Notes under the pieces: generated by a model
Databases searched by the model: none
What the model was told of the DNA's origin: nothing
Seen by the model: the letters and a program-made list of their open reading frames with translations, nothing else
Position numbers and translations under genes: made by a program
Shown: one piece after another, positions 50,801-64,000 of the stretch
Numbering within the stretch: position 1 is the first letter of the stretch
How the letters are laid out: every line of letters begins with the position of its first letter
Assembly: GCF_963921235.1 (NCBI RefSeq)
Contig: NC_086097.1
Span: forward strand, 166,906,001-166,970,000
Reading direction: 5' to 3'
From: Mobula hypostoma
Lineage: Eukaryota
DNA: 64,000 nucleotides

Positions 50801-52616
50801 TAAGAGATTTCCTCAATTGTCCCTTAATTTTAGTGAGTACAAATTGGAAGTGAAAATAAACCAGCGTGGAAGAAAACAGTGTGCAAGTAATTCTTATTAG
50901 GGAGGAGGTACAGCAGCCTGAAGATCCAGACTCAGTGTTTTAGAAACTTCTTTCCCTCTGCAGACAGATTTCTGAATAGTCCATGGACACGACCTCAGTA
51001 TTCCTTTTGCACTATTTTTTTACTATTATATCTTATAGTGATTTTTCAATGTCTTGCACTATTCTGTTACCACAAAAACAACAAATTTCATGGCATACAT
51101 CATTAAATACTTAATTACTTCCGAAATCTGAATGGAATCGATGGAAATGTGCAGAAATTATAATTGGATCAGCAGACATGACTTCCTGTTGGTCAATGTT
51201 GATACAACAGTGCCAAGGGCATGTTCTATTTATTTAATTATAATCTCTAATAAATTTAAGAAGTGAGCTTTTACAGATAACAAAATACTATAATTTGTCA
51301 CATACTGCTTTAAATTCACAGAAGTATTTAAACCCTCTTCATAAAAAACATCTCTTGAAATTGAAGTTAAGCATGCACAAAATCTTACTCTAACACCAAC
51401 TGTTTGAATACTAACAGGGTCATTACTTAGAATAGCCCAACCAAAAATTAACTATCCCTGATTTTGCTGGCTATTTAATCTAAATTTACTAGGAGGTAAA
51501 TGAAGGAGGTTACGCACTTCTGACTATATTAATTTTTCAACATAACTACAAGGAAATCAGACAGCAAGAAAATTATTAGAAATATTTTAGTCATCACTTG
51601 TACACTTATAATAGTGCATAAGTTTTAGCCAATATATATATATTTAGTTTACAGTTCTATTTATCTACAGAAAGTATGAAATTTTAAACCTCAATTCAAG
51701 TTGATATTCAAAATTCAATTAATCATAATTCTTTATGATTTTAGCTTGTCTTTCTAGATATTTGCAGTCACTTAACATGTTCACTGAGACTTTGAAGAAT
51801 CCATAAAGTAATTAACTAAGGGAAGTAAAAACATCTTCAACCACATGTTAATAATCTTTTACTCTTATTTAAATGAGCTAAAGTGAAGGAGAATATCGGG
51901 CTTCTCAGATTAAAACATGAAGGGGCTGATCACATCAATGGATAAAGAAAAAGGCCCAGTTCACAGAATGTCAAAACGTCTCTTTTGCCTCAGGCAGAAA
52001 CAATAATATGGTCTCAGTATAATATTACAGTGAGGAAGGGAAAGACCAGAGAGATATGTCTGCATTATGGGGACTATCTAAATGCCAGATGTTATTACTG
52101 ATGAGTACTTCTCTCCAAAAAAATGTGGAAAACAGACCCTTTTGTTGGAATTACCAAATGTCAAGGGTGGATGGATGCTCGTTTCAGAATAATGTAATTC
52201 CTCAGAATGCAATTTCATTAGCAGTACTAAGGAAGTCATCAATCATGATGCACCTTCTCAACATGTGGCCAGATAGTATGCTGAATGTCTGTTAATCCAG
52301 CTACTGACTGCACAATTTTATAGAAGACTGGCTGAATATAAAAGAGAATCATACTTTGATCAGATATACATGTGCTGGTAATTTGTGTGTTAGACTCATA
52401 AAAACAGATGGACTTCCGATGAGCACTAAGAGAGAACTGTCACTTTGAGGATCCTTTACCATTCTCACTCACAGATCTGATTTCCGCTATTCTTCCACCA
52501 CCAAGTTATCTCCTACTTCAATGGCTCTGCTGATTAAAATTCCATCTCTTTGACAGCTTCTTCCCAGGTGCCCAACCTATCAATATCCAGTTCCTGTTCC
52601 TTAAGGATTTTATAGC

Positions 52617-53140
52617 TGGGGTTGATAATGGGGATGAGCTCCCGCTGCCTATCAAATGCGCCCAACGGCCTGCACCTCAAATAGCCTCTGACAACCAAAT
52701 CCATCTCCTGGCCTTCACACGTGACTTAGCTATTAAGCCCAGTGGAACCAGTTTCTACTGACAGGAAATGGGGCAAAAGCTGTTTATTAGCAACTTAAAA
52801 CCAGTCACTTGGACAGATGGCAACTCGTGTAGGAGAAGGAAAACTCTGATCTCAAACCTCCATTGCCTTGTGGCTATACCCACTCATGGGGAAGTCCTCA
52901 GGCGTAAACCTGGAGGGACAATCCAGAGCTGGAGTCCCTAAAGCAGTCCTATGTTGAGTTCAATGCTGACTGGCAACTCCTGCAATGCTGGTGGTACCAA
53001 GCTGTGTCGGTTCCTTTGGGTTCATCAGATGCGTGGAAAGAGGGAGCAAGAGCTTGCTCTCCGTATCACACTGCCCCAGCCTGCGTATCTAGACTGCTAG
53101 GATGCAGCATCCATAGTCGACCCTGGCCAACAGAGGACTC
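52617..53140 (+). repeat. Interspersed repeat, probably RTE-type 5' region (longer copy)
   Basis: Homologous to 46001-46390. Contains aggagaaggaaaactctgatctcaaacc, a motif I associate with RTE-clade 5' UTRs; the family call is tentative. Confidence 0.65.
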
Positions 53141-54289
53141 TCTCACTCACTGTCCCACAACATACACCCTTGAATGTTGTTATATAATTCAATACAATCA
53201 GTATTGAGTCTATGCTGGCTGTAGAACAATCTTATTCCCCTCTTCTTTTTTCAAACATGGCCATTACCTGTTTCTTTGGCCTCCCTTTTAGAATAGGGGC
53301 AAGCCTTTCTATCTTCATACACCACCAGGTTGAAGGACAGCTTCTACCTAGTTGTTATAAGACCATCGAATGGCCCTTTTGTATGATAAAGATGCAACCT
53401 TGACCTCATAATCTACCTCGTCATCTCCCTTGCACCTTATTGTTTACCTGCACTTTCTCTGCAACTGTAATGCTACATTCTGAATTTTGTTATTTCTTTT
53501 CCCTTGTGTTCATAATGTTGTGAAATAATTTGAATGGATGGAATGTAAACCAAAGCTTTTCTCTGCATCTGGGTACATGTGACAAATACAAACCAATTAT
53601 CAACTCCTCACCCTCCTAATAACATTCCTCTTCCATTTCCTCTTCCTCTGCACCTCCTTCTCCCTCTCATCCTCCAATTCTGCCAACAGGAACACTATTC
53701 CTGGACTTGACTTCCAATATTCAGGGCCAAAGAATATCTGGTAAATGCCCCAGTTCATGGCATGAACTGTGCCTTGTTTTGAAAAAAAAAATCTGAACTC
53801 CCTAAAGTATGGATAATTCCCTTGGCTGAGTAGGCAACATTTTAACCAGCAGAGCTGTCTTAGGCACTCTCTTTCATATTACCAGTTAACGGAATAGAAG
53901 ATAACCTCTGGGTTATTGGGAAGTGGCTATTGATAAAACAGGAGAGAAATTTACTTAAAAATGCTAGAGTGGGAGCAGCAGTGATGATGGATCAGCTTAG
54001 TTGTTCATTGCCCTTTAATGTTCTTGGAAGAGGAGAACAGATAGGAGGATAAATTTCACAGTGATGATGACTGTGAAACTGGAATTTTCTTAATTCTTTC
54101 ACAAGGACTGTGTTTTATTTGGAGAATAATAAAAGGAAACCCTTTCTGTGATGCAATCTGCGGGCTGATCTCCAGAAGCATAACCCTCAAAATATCCCAC
54201 CTTCTCCCTCATGCATTACTTCACTTGTCCAGGATTTACCTCCGTTCTAATCATCTTTCCAGTTAGTACTTCATATTCTCAATGCAGAA

Positions 54290-55015
54290 TCTGGACCTGC
54301 TGGTGAAATGGTCTGGAAAATGGCAGGCAGAATTTAATGCAGACAAGTGTGAGGTATTTGACTTTGGGAGGACCAACTAGGGTAGGTTGTACACAGTGAG
54401 CAGCAGGGTATTGAGGAGTGCAGTAGGACAGACGGATCTGGGAATACAGATCTATAATCCTTTGAAAGTGGTCTTGATAGGGCCGTTGGCAATTTGTTCT
54501 TCATAAACCAATGTATTGAGTACAGGAGTTGGGATGTAATGTTGATAAGGCCTAATTTGGAGTATTGTGTCCAGTTTGGTCACCTACCCAGAGGAACGAT
54601 GTAAATAAAATTGAAGGAATGCCAAGAAAATTTATAAGGATGTTGCCGGGCCTCAAGGACCTGAGTTATGAAGGTTATAGATAGGGTAAATGCAAGTAGC
54701 CTTTTTTCCACTGTGGTTGGGTGAGACTATAACTAGAGATCATGGGATAAGGGTGAAAGGTGAAATATTTAAAAGGAACATGAAGAGGAACTTCCTCACT
54801 CAGAGGGTGGTGGGTGTGTGGAATGAACTGCTAGTGCAAGAGGTGGTTGCAGAGTCAATTTCAACATTGAAGAAAAACTTGGATAGATACATGAATGGGA
54901 GGGGTATGGAGGGCTGTGGTCCCCGTACACATTGATAGTACTAGGCAGTTTAATGGTTCATCACAGACTCGATGGGACAAAGGGCTTGTTTCTGTGTTGC
55001 AGTGTTCTATCACTC
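54290..55015 (+). mobile_element. CR1-like RT C-terminus and 3' UTR
   Basis: KWQAEFNADKCEV..FG, DLGIQI, RPNLEYCVQF and RNFLTQRVVGVWNEL motifs. Confidence 0.88.
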
Positions 55016-55619
55016 TTTTGCAATGGAACAGAACAAGTTGGTGAGGAAAGGGGCACACACAAACAGCAAATGAAATCAAAACTGGAAGAATTAAAATAAA
55101 GGAAAATGAAGGAATGGGCATAGCTAATGAGAGGGTGTGGAACACTTCAAGAAGAACGGCCAGCCACTGAGCTACATGTGAGATTTTGACCAGTGGGAGA
55201 CTGCCTCAGCGGAAGCTGGTTATGTTTTGCTGGAGAAGACGACACCAGGTGTGAAGGGAGTGGAACGTTGTTTCCTACGACAGGGTAACACCCAAGCACC
55301 CCCACCTTCTGTACGATCCATGTTCTTTCCCCTCATTTCTGTTCATAGGCCCATCAGCCCAACTGACCCAACCAAACCCCTGATGGACAAACTTAGGTTG
55401 TTTTCTCTGCAGCAGAACCTGAGGGAGACATTGTAGATGTTTCTGTGGTCCAGGTGCAGGTTGATGGAACTAGGCAGATTAATGGTTTGGCATTAACCAG
55501 ATGGGCCAAAGGGTCTGCTTCTGTGCTATAGTGTTCTATAACTCTATTCTCTCTATCACTTGATCTTTACAAGCTAATTCCATTCAGCATTTGAAGGTTT
55601 CCTTTAGGAATGGGCTGCA

Positions 55620-56095
55620 TTGGTAAGTTAGTTTATTATTGTCACATGTACTGAGGTAGAGTGAAAAACCTCATCTTTCATGTCTCCCTACAGTTCATTT
55701 CATCACATCAGTGCACTGTGGTGGTACAAGGGAAGCCAGTGACAGAATGCACAATATTGTGTTACAGTTACAGAGAATGTACACTACAGATAGATAATAA
55801 GGTGAAAGGTCATGACAATGTATATTGTGAGGTCAAGAGTCCATCTTATTGTACAGGCAGTCCATTCAATAGTTTTATAACAGCAGAGGCTCTCCTCGAA
55901 CCTGGTGATAAGCGTTTTCAGGCTTTTGTATATTCTGCCTGACTTGGGGGGGGAGGGGGCGGACGAGAAAATGTCCCGTGTTGGAGGGGTTTTTGATTAT
56001 GTTGGCTGCCTTACTGAAGCAATGAGAAGTATAGAGTCTAAGGAAGGGAGGCTGGTTTTCATAATGCACTGAGCTGTGTCTACAATTCCCTGCAG
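55620..56095 (-). mobile_element. Rex1/Babar-like 3' fragment
   Basis: LYTSHCFSKAANIIKNPSNTGH on the minus strand. Confidence 0.75.
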
Positions 56096-57024
56096 TGAAA
56101 TGAAATCTGAAAATTTACAGGGTCTCAAATTCCCACTCAGAATGCCCTTAACTCCCAAAGTCCCATGGAACTAAATACAGGACTTCTAAGATGTACTATA
56201 ACATCATTTCAAAAAGCAAACTTAATTTCCTGCAATGACTGACCCATTGTCTGGCAAAAATCTTTTTTTTAATCTTTTAGCTGGTGATATTATTACTTGC
56301 ATCTTTTCTCAATGGTAAAATGAACCTGCCTCCAGATAAATCTCCAGTAAAATGGAATTATTAACAAGTTCTAAATAAGTAATGATTCTTTTTTAATACA
56401 CTTAATCTGTTATCAAACTTTAATGAAAGCAATTATGACAGGAATCTGCAATTATCCAACAGCATGTGTGCAGTAAAATATCCCAAGGTGCTCTACAAGA
56501 AAGTAGACTGCATTAATGTAGCACCTTTACCTTTCTACCAGCAAAACAGAATTGAAATGAATGCAGTTTTATAATTCAAGAGACACACAAGCCAACTTGC
56601 ACTGAGCAAGCTCTCGTATATAGCGCTGTGACAATGTTCAAATAATCTGTGTTTCAGAAACGTTGGGTGAGGGTTCAATATTTGGCCAGGAGATCCTGAA
56701 TTGTACACTTTATCCTTTACAAAATAGTGTCACAGTTTTCTCTCATCCACCTTGAAGACTAGATAGAACTTCACTTAAAGTCCCATTTAAAAGACAGGGC
56801 AAAACTTCCATGATAAACCAAAATATGACACCATTACATTTCAGAGTACATTAAAATCATGGTCAATTAAGTAGTTTTTAAGGAGCAACACACAAAAGCT
56901 GAAGGAATTCAGCAGTCATGCAGTATTTTTGGAGTGAAGTGAATATTTTATGTTTCACATCAAGATCTTTCATTTGAGCTGAAAAATAGAGGGGGTATAG
57001 CCAGTATTTAAAAAAAAAACATGA

Positions 57025-57370
57025 GGTAATAAAATCTAGGAGCAGAATTAAGCCATTCAGCCTTTCACGTCTGCTCTGCCTTTCAATCCTGGCTAATTTA
57101 TTATCCCTCTCAACCCATTCTCCTGTTTTCTCCCCGTAACCTTTAATGCCCTTACTCATCCTCTCTTTAAATATACCCAATGACTTAGCTTCCATAGGCA
57201 TCTGTGGCATTGAATTCCAAAGATTCACCAACCTCTGGCTAAAGAAATTCCTTCTCATCTCTGTTCTAAAGGGACACCCTTGTATCCTGAGGCTGTGCCC
57301 TCTGTTCCCAGCACACCTCTCCCCCCACCACTACTGGAAATATCCTTTTAATGTCCATTCTATCCAGGCC
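57025..57370 (-). mobile_element. CR1-like 3' fragment
   Basis: MRRNFFSQRLVNLWNSMPQ..EAKSLGIFK...GIKGYG. Confidence 0.85.
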
Positions 57371-57739
57371 TAATCTAGTGTCCCGGCTTAAGAATTGGTT
57401 GGATACCCATGATTGTCAATGGACTGGATCTGCTTGGAGGTGAACTACCAGATAAACTTCAAAGAGTCAGCATTAAGCACTTCTGTACTTTCATTAATTA
57501 ATAACCTGTATTTTTTTAATCACATTTGGGATCTGGGTGTATCCAGCAGTGCTAGCATTTATTGGCCATCCCCAATTGCTCAAGAAAATGATGGTGGGCT
57601 GCCCTGTTCATCCACTGCAATCCTCTGGTGAAAGTACTCCCAGAGCATTGGTGAGCAGGGAGTTCCAGGATATGGACTCAGCAATGTTGAAGAACATGTG
57701 AAATATTTCCAAATCATCCTGGTGCACAAATTGGACGGG

Positions 57740-58040
57740 CATTTATTCCAGCCCTGATGAAGGGTCTTGGCCCAAAACATTGACTCTTTATACATTTCCA
57801 TAGATGGTGCTTGACCTGCTGAGTTTCTCCAGCATTTTATGTAGGTTCCTCTGGATTTCCAGCATCTGCAGAACCTCATGTTTTGGATGAATAAGTTCTA
57901 GAATTGGCATTTTGGCATTTCTTTTCCAATCTTCATCCAAAATGTCAACTGCCTATTTCCCTCCATATAAGCTGCATGGCCTACTGAGTACCTCTAGCTT
58001 TTTGTGTGTTGCTCTAGATTCCATCATCTGCAGTCTTTTG
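57740..58040 (+). mobile_element. Two tandem Penelope-like 3' ends
   Basis: ctgatgaagggtcttggcccaaaacattgac...gatttccagcatctgcagaa, then a second more degenerate copy. Confidence 0.75.
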
Positions 58041-58409
58041 AATCTCCATTCTTTTTGGAGCTATTTAACACTCTCTGAATATTAGACTCAGGATCTTATC
58101 ATGCAAACAGGTTAAAGAATTGATTAATCCTATTGTGGAGTATTAAAGATTTCATTTTGTTCTATTTCCTTGTTCTAATGCCTCCTAAATCAAAAGAACA
58201 TAAAGACATATCTTTTAGGGTTGGGTTAAATGCATCCATTTGATTTTAGTGTGTTTAAATTGCTGAAATTGAAGGCTGTGCTAAATTCAATACAGGGGCA
58301 TAAGAACACAAGTAGGAACAGCCATTCCACTCTTTCAGTCTACTCGCCATTCATCAGGATCACGGCTGGTCTTTAACCTCAATGCATGCATCATCACTGA
58401 TGTTATTAA

Positions 58410-58858
58410 TATTCTGATCGGTTGCATTACAGCCTGGTGTGGCAACTCCAATGCACAGGCATGCAGGTGATTGCATGGGTTGTAGACTCAGCTGGCTCCA
58501 TCACAGGCACAAACCTCCCCCTGTCAAGGACATCTTCAAGAGGCAGTGCCTCAAGAAGGAGGCATCCATCATTAAGGACCCTCACTATCCAGGACACATC
58601 CTCAACTCATTACTATGATTGGAAAAGAGGTACAGGAACTTGAAGACCCAGAGTCAGTAATTCAGAAACTGCTTCTTCCCCTCCGCCATCATATTTCTGA
58701 ACAGTCCATGAACCTATTACCAACTCACTATTCTTATTTTTGCATGATCTATTTTGGCAATTTACAGTAATTTTGTGTACTGTACCACTGCTGCAAAATA
58801 ATAAATTTCACATCATCTAAGGCAGTGATAATAACTCTGCTTCTAGTTCAGATTCAGA
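58410..58858 (+). mobile_element. Rex1/Babar-like 3' fragment
   Basis: GCITAW, CLKKEASIIKDPHYPGH and FRNCFFPSAI motifs. Confidence 0.8.
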
Positions 58859-59331
58859 AGTCTATCAATTTCTGTTAAGTTGAAACTAAATACATAAAAC
58901 TAAATCAACTGGCCTTTTGTACTGTTCCATGATTTATCACAATCACCGCTGATCAGCCTTCACTGTAGAACAACCCCAATCTTCCTGTTGATGCCCATGT
59001 ATCTGAAAATCTATCTACCTCCTTCTTAAACATATTCAGAGATGGACTCTACAACCCTCTGGTCTACAGGTTCACCATCCTCTGACTGGAAAATGTCTCC
59101 CCATCTCAATACTAAACCTCTTGCCATGGTCCCATCATTCTTGCCACCCCAGCCAAAAGAACTGTCTCTCCCATCATCCACTCTGAGTTTTCTGAATGAA
59201 CACAATGACCGAGCCTCCACAGCTCAAAACAGCACTTACTGTTTGGAAGCTACCTCTTGTTTAAGTATGATAGAGTGTTGCTTGGTAAAATGAAATGCCA
59301 TTTTCATTTTATTTCAGTCATGACTTAAGTA

Positions 59332-60744
59332 CAAAGCCCATTTCCAGAAAAGTTGGGATATTTTCCAAAATGCAATAAAAACAAAAATCTGTGATATGTT
59401 AATTCATGTGAACCTTTATTTAACTAACAAAAGTACAAAGAAAAGTTTTTCTATAGTTTTACCGACCAACTTAATTGTATTTTGTAAAAATACACAAATT
59501 TAGAATTTGATTGCTGCAACACACTCAACAAAAGTTGGGACAGAGTTAAAATAAGATTGAAAAGTGCACAGAATATTCAAGTAACACCGGTTTGGAAGAC
59601 TCTACATTAAGCAGGCTAATTGGTAGCAGGTGAGGTATCATGACTGGGTATAAAAGTAGTGTCCATCAAAGGCTCAGTCTTTGCAAGCAAGGATGGGTCG
59701 TGGCTCACTCCTTTGTGCCAAAATTCGTGAGAGAATTGTTAGTCAGTTCTAAAGGAACATTTCTCAATGCAAGATCGGGAGTACTTTGGAAAACCATTGT
59801 CACTCAACACAGTCTGTCGCTGCATCCAGAAATGCAACTTGAAACTGTATTACGCAAGGAGGAAGCCATACATCAACTCTATGCAGAAACGCCGGCGAGG
59901 TTTCTGGGCCCGAGCTCATCTCAGATGGACTGCAAGACTGTGGAACCATGTGCTCTGGTCAGATGAGTCCACATATCAGCTAGTTTTCGGAAAAAACGGG
60001 CATCGAGTTCTCCATGCGAAAGATGAAAATGACCATCCAGATTGTTATCAGCGAAAGGTGCAAAAGCCAGCATCTGTGTGGTATGGGGGTGCATCAGTGC
60101 CCACGGCATGGGTGAGTTGCATGTATGTGAAGGTACCATTGACTCTGAGGCATATATTACGATTTTAGAGAGACATATGCTGCCATCGAGGCCACGTCTC
60201 TTCCCGGAACTTCCATGCTTATTTCAGCAGGACAATGCCAGACCACATTCTGCACGGGCTACAACAGCATGGCTTTGTAGACACAGAGTGCGTGTGCTTG
60301 ACTGGCCTGCTGCCAGTCCAGATCTATCTCCTATTGAAAATGTATGGTACATCACGAAGAGGAGAATCAGACAATGGAGACCATGGACTGTTGAGCAGCT
60401 GAAGTCTTATATCAAGCAAGAATGGACAAAATTTCCAATTGCAAATCTACTACAATTAGTATCCTCAGTTCCAAAACGATTAAAAAGTGTTATTAAAAGG
60501 AAAGGTGATGTAACACAACGGTAAACATGCCTCTGTCCCAACTTTTGTTGAGTGTGTTGCAGCCATCAAATTCTAAATTTGTGTGTGTTTACAAAATACA
60601 ATTAAGTTGGTCAGTAAAACTATTGAAAATCTTTTCTTTGTACTTTTGTCAGTTAAATAAAGGTTCACGTGAATTAACGTATCACAGATTTTTGTTTTTA
60701 TTGCATTTTGGAAAATATCCCAACTTTTCTGGACATGGGGTTTG
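59332..60744 (+). mobile_element. Tc1-family DNA transposon (DD34E, IR/DR type, 214-bp TIRs), defective
   Basis: TA flanks at 59330-31 and 60745-46. TIRs at 59332-59545 and 60531-60744, each with two aaaagttggga direct repeats. WSDES, FQQDNARPH-34aa-E (SPDLSPIENVW). Stop, N-terminal deletion and one frameshift. Confidence 0.97.
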
Positions 60745-60849
60745 TAGTTCATGCTGGCTAACTTATTAGTTAAACAGCTCATTGTTTTATGTCTCCTGTC
60801 TATTTCTTATTTAGATCATGACCAGTTTAATAAAAATCATCTTGAAGAA

Positions 60850-61385
60850 TTAATGTTGTGTGCAGTTCTGGTCACCTCACTACGGAAAGGATGTAGTTGA
60901 GCTGGAGGGAACACGGACAGGAAAGATTCACCAAAATGTTACCTGGATTGAATAAAGTTAGTTATAGAGAGAAACTGGATAGGCTGAGCGTGTATTCCCT
61001 CGAGTGCAGAAAGCTAACAGGTGACCTGAGAGAAGGATATAAAATTATTAGTCATAGATAAGGTGGATAGTCAGGATCTTTTTCTGCAATTAGGAATATC
61101 AAAACATCGGTGTAAGGTAAGAGGAAGGAAGCTTAAACAGGGTCTGAGGGGCATGTTTGTTCTTACACAGAGAACATTTGATATCTGGAACTCCCTGTAA
61201 GAGGGGCTGGTGAAATCAGATACTATCAAATTGTTTAAAAGGTATTTCTTTGGACACCTAGGTAGAGAAGGCATGGGAGAATGTGATTTTAATAAGGTTA
61301 AATGGGATGAGTGTAGATAAGTAAAAAGATCAGCAAGTGGGCTGAATGGTTCTTTTTCCGTGCTGTACAATTCTATGACTGTGAT
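60850..61385 (+). mobile_element. CR1-like 3' fragment
   Basis: CVQFWSPHYGKDV and GDLREGYKI motifs; ttctatgactgtga tail. Confidence 0.8.
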
Positions 61386-63099
61386 ACAGCTGAAGGAAAT
61401 CCAAAGACTAGAGCCTGGAGAAGAGTGGCCAGGGGAGTCCAGAGACCAAGAGATGGGGAAGGAACTCAAGGAACATGAGCTTGGAGGAGTATAGTAAAAG
61501 GGAGGGGGGGGAAAGAAGACCTAACTGGATGGGTAGAGTTCTGTAAACGGATTTGGGCAATGGTTAGGTCCTTGAATATTAGGCAAACAGGCAATAGAAG
61601 AGCAGTAGGCAAACTTTAGGCAGAATCTCAGCTGAATGATCAAGTTTGGTGATCCCATTTGTTCCCAGACCACCCCAACAACCTTGTGAAGGGGCATTAA
61701 AATTAGGGAAAAATGCATCAGCGGGGAAAATAATTAACTTATTGAGAAAGCTCATATATTTAATTATTTTTAAATGAGTAAGGCTTGCAAAAGAAATGAA
61801 ATCTTTCAAATTAAAACTTAATTTCTCCTCAGACCATGAATTAAAATTTTATTTTAAAAGATTTCTCATAAAATTTGATAAAATTCACAGCTTTATTAAT
61901 TGTGGAAAATGCTTTCACTACTTTGTAAAGGAAGTATTCTAGCAGTGCTTAAACACAAAGGTATGACTGATACAAGGTTGCACATTATTTATTTGTTTTC
62001 AGAATCATGAAATGGAACAGCACAGAGAGAGTTTGTTATGACGTAATGAATTCTTTCAGTTTTCCCCTTCTTTGATATTTCCCTCTTTTGATCTTCTACA
62101 GATATATGTTGCAGTCTAAATAACTTTTAGTTAAATCTGGTCCCTAACCGCAACTGTTGTCTAAAGACAGTCTGACAAGTACTTGGTGAAAGATTTTCCT
62201 TGGCAAGTAAAGGTCTTGCTTTTTGCTTGGAATTAATTCTTAGTTGTGCCACTGTGAAACTACCCTGGGCAGTCAGTGCAGCTGTACAGCATGGCAGTAC
62301 ATTCATGATCTATTATATGTTTACATATTCACTCTGTGGGTCTCCCTTCTCAATCAGAAGCATGCTCAGAGAGAAAACAAAATAAAGCATGGTCTGAAAA
62401 TGAGCACAAGGGAGCTAGAACCAACAAACAAAAATATATTCAAAGCAGGTCGTCAGAATCATTTCCCTGAAATTCAGGAAAACAGCTGGTTAAGAGTAAT
62501 CAGCAGACATACTGAGTCGAATTGTTCAACTTAAAGCTTTTGGCAGAGCTTGCATTGGCTTAATAATGTATAGGATTACCAGAGCTAATTACATCAGAAT
62601 GAACACGGATGGAAAAAGATAACATGCAAGTCTCGAGATCCATGCGCTTCATTCACCTGACTAAGCATAACCTAAACTGCGACATTGAGAAATGTAAGGA
62701 AGGCCTTGTTAGCCTTTATTATTTTACACCCAGAATTATTGGAAATTTGAATGTGGTTACGTTCACTTTTAAGAGTCCAATTTTGTGGCCCAGTGTTTTC
62801 AGAGAACATAAGAGCTTGGAATAAAAAAGCAGTGGACTCCTCACTGACCAGAAAGCCCTGGATTGCTTGTCCAACACCAAAAGATCGATAAGGATAAGAT
62901 AGTTTCAGACTGGAGACCAGAGCAGTGGAGTTCCTGGGGACTGTTGTTCATCTGTGATTAGCTCCTTGTCAGCTGTGTACTGGCACTGCCCACCATCCTG
63001 TCCCACTCACCCACAACCATCATCACTGCAATGTCAGAAATTTTAACACGTAGTCCAAGAAGCATAAACAGACCAAGGAAGGTCAGCCTTAGTGACACA

Positions 63100-63620
63100 T
63101 GAAACTGCAGATGCTGGGATTTGCTGCAACACACTCAGCTCATTAGACTGGAAGGGAATGTACAGAAGATAGTTTGGGTCAAGACCCTTTATCTGGACTG
63201 CAAAGAAAGAGGGGCGAGAGCCAAAAAATGGTGGGGTGGAGGGTTGGGGTGGAGTAAGAGCTGACAGGTGATCATTGGATCCAGGTGATTAAAGGTGATA
63301 CACACAAAATTCTGCAGGTGCTGGAAATCCAGAACAACGCACACAAAATTCTGGAGGGATTGAGAGGTAAAAATGCTGGAGGGGCTCCGGGAACTCTTGT
63401 GTTTATGCTCATCTATTCAGGAACAGCTTCTTCCGCTCCATCAGATTTCTGAATGGTCATGAACCAATGAACGCCACCTCGTGATTTTATACATCTCTAA
63501 ATGGTCACCCTCCTTCTCCTATGCTCCAAAGAATCAACTCATAGCCTGCTCAGCCTCTCCCTTTACTTGGTTCCCTGGCAACACTCCTGTAAATCTTTTC
63601 CACACACTTTCCATCTTTCT
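63100..63620. mobile_element. Mixed Penelope-like, Rex-like and CR1-like debris
   Basis: ctgcagatgctgg termini, ttcaggaacagcttcttc and cagcctctcc...cctggcaacactcctgtaaatc motifs. Confidence 0.55.
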
Positions 63621-64000
63621 TCAAACCCCTTAAATAAGCTCTTTTTCAGCGAGAGATAAAAGATCCCTGTGAGGTGTGGGAGTCTGTTACCTGCTTACCA
63701 CTTGGCTAAGGAAGAGAATATGATAGAAAATGATGTGTATGGATTTTTTTTTTATTTGCAAACTACCAAACATCTGTTATACAGTAAATCTAATTCTTCA
63801 CTTTGAATAATGAGATCTTGTAGAATTGTATTTCCGTACCAAACTATTGTTTGGAAGGAAGGAAATATATTTTAAATACTCTTAACAAATATAATTACTT
63901 CGAGCAAGAAATTCAACTCCACTCAATAGATAGTCAAATACTTTGAATGCATGTGGCTTTACTCACGGTTGCTGCAGCTAGCTTGTTCTTTTAAAATATG

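Overview
AT-rich, repeat-dense eukaryotic DNA, most likely a large intron region of a vertebrate gene transcribed on the minus strand. The repeat mix (CR1, Rex/Babar, L1, hammerhead-bearing Penelope-like elements, V-SINE- and Deu-SINE-like copies) suggests a cartilaginous fish such as a ray or shark; this is inference only. There is no complete protein-coding gene. One convincing 43-nt coding exon lies at 20754-20796 (-); its gene was not identified. Main content: (1) an intronless, frameshifted RBM25 retrocopy sitting 3' of a truncated L1 on the same strand; (2) a fragmented class I (gamma/epsilon-like) endogenous retrovirus with pol, Env SU CWVC, a degenerate TM CX6CC motif, a polypurine tract and a probable 3' LTR, split by nested insertions; (3) many Penelope-like copies carrying minimal hammerhead ribozyme motifs, several inserted as fold-back structures with 11-19 bp target-site duplications (TSDs); (4) an L1 with a twin-priming-type 5' inversion and a 16-bp TSD; (5) two DD34E Tc1 elements with ~210-bp terminal inverted repeats (TIRs), a Tigger/pogo-like element and a palindromic mariner MITE. 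Most ORFs in the track are transposon debris or spurious. I cannot claim a wholly new system. The best candidates for a second look are the L1-RBM25 junction, the recurrent fold-back ribozyme insertions and the env-bearing ERV. Boundaries of old repeats are approximate.
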